Below, in pieces: positions 63,218-64,000 of a DNA stretch of 64,000 nucleotides (the first letter of the stretch is position 1; every line of letters begins with the position of its first letter). Position numbers and translations under genes: made by a program. The notes beneath the pieces are model-generated. The model worked only from the letters and a program-made list of their open reading frames with translations. It was not told the DNA's origin and ran no database searches. This stretch comes from Leptogorgia sarmentosa (lineage: Eukaryota), in assembly GCA_964658305.1 (NCBI GenBank), contig OZ210885.1:17608001-17672000 (forward strand). The letters run 5' to 3'.

Positions 63218-64000
63218 ATGCTCTCAGGAATATCACTTAGTGCATGGAATATCAATGGCCTTAGTAACAAAGTTCTTGGTGACAAAACCAAAAATCAAGA
63301 CTTTGTTAATGCCACTTCTAATATCGATTTCCTGTTTCTCACTGAAACATGGAATAACAGAGACATAGATATGCCTGGATTTGAGATCATTAACTCTGTT
63401 GTAGCCAAATCCAAATCAAAAGCTGCCTGTCGACAATCAGGTGGCATCAGTCTTATGTTTAAAAGCAAATTTATGAATTATGTTACCACTGTCAAATATA
63501 CCAAAAACTTTTTATGGAGCAAAATCTCCAAAGAAATACTAAAAAATGACACAGACTTATACATCTGTGGCACATACATCCCCCCTGAAAAGTCAAAATA
63601 CTTTGATGAAGAAATTTTTGAAGAATTTGAAAACGATGTCATTCGTTTCTCGTCGCGAGGAAATGTAATAACCCTTGGCGACTTTAATGCTAGAACAAAC
63701 AAACTAGATGACTTTGTTTCAAGTGAAGGTAGTGACCTTATACATGACACAAGTGAAAACTCTCTCCACCCCACAGAAAGACAAAACTTTGACTCAACAG
63801 TAAACAACAATGGTAAAAAACTAATAGAAATATGCAAAAACTGTGACCTAAGGATCCTAAATGGTCGAACCATGGGGGACTCCTTGGGAAGACCAACCTT
63901 CCATGGCCAAAACGGAACAAGTGTTGTCGATTATATAATCTGCAACCAGAACCTCGTACAAAGCATAAAACACTTAATCGTAAAAGCCCCATGCTATCTG
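63218..64000 (+). CDS. LINE ORF2 APE endonuclease (RTEX-like), runs off the right edge
   Basis: Hand translation: MLSGISLSAWNINGL..FLTETW..SGG..YIPPE..GDFNART..SVVDY. Confidence 0.9.
   Translation, partial: MLSGISLSAWNINGLSNKVLGDKTKNQDFVNATSNIDFLFLTETWNNRDIDMPGFEIINSVVAKSKSKAACRQSGGISLMFKSKFMNYVTTVKYTKNFLWSKISKEILKNDTDLYICGTYIPPEKSKYFDEEIFEEFENDVIRFSSRGNVITLGDFNARTNKLDDFVSSEGSDLIHDTSENSLHPTERQNFDSTVNNNGKKLIEICKNCDLRILNGRTMGDSLGRPTFHGQNGTSVVDYIICNQNLVQSIKHLIVKAPCYL

Overview
Animal nuclear DNA, AT-rich, with GT-AG introns. The element repertoire resembles cnidarians such as corals or octocorals (inference). Almost the whole window is nested transposable elements; I found no ordinary host gene, rRNA, tRNA or CRISPR array. 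Many boundaries can be set from terminal repeats and target-site duplications (TSDs). Left part: a decayed DIRS element (gag/RT/RNase H/methyltransferase/tyrosine recombinase), a Kolobok-like remnant, an ~85-bp satellite split by a Tc1 element, and a Ngaro-type split-direct-repeat element. 10.2-28.7 kb is a nested stack: a Sola1-like element contains a 15.7-kb IS3EU-like transposon (6-bp TSD) carrying a spliced SAM-UBX-HECT ubiquitin ligase gene. That transposon in turn holds a young Gypsy element and an unusual 4.6-kb DNA transposon (256-bp TIRs, 9-bp TSD, Academ-like DDE protein with a C-terminal RING-type finger). Right part: three BEL/Pao elements (one nearly intact), a 2A-like peptide remnant, a CR1/L2 fragment, a hAT transposase with a solo LTR, a Gypsy relic split by a maT-type element (itself holding an AcademH-type element), a second DIRS, and an RTEX-like LINE running off the end. 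Family names come from motif recognition, not database searches.
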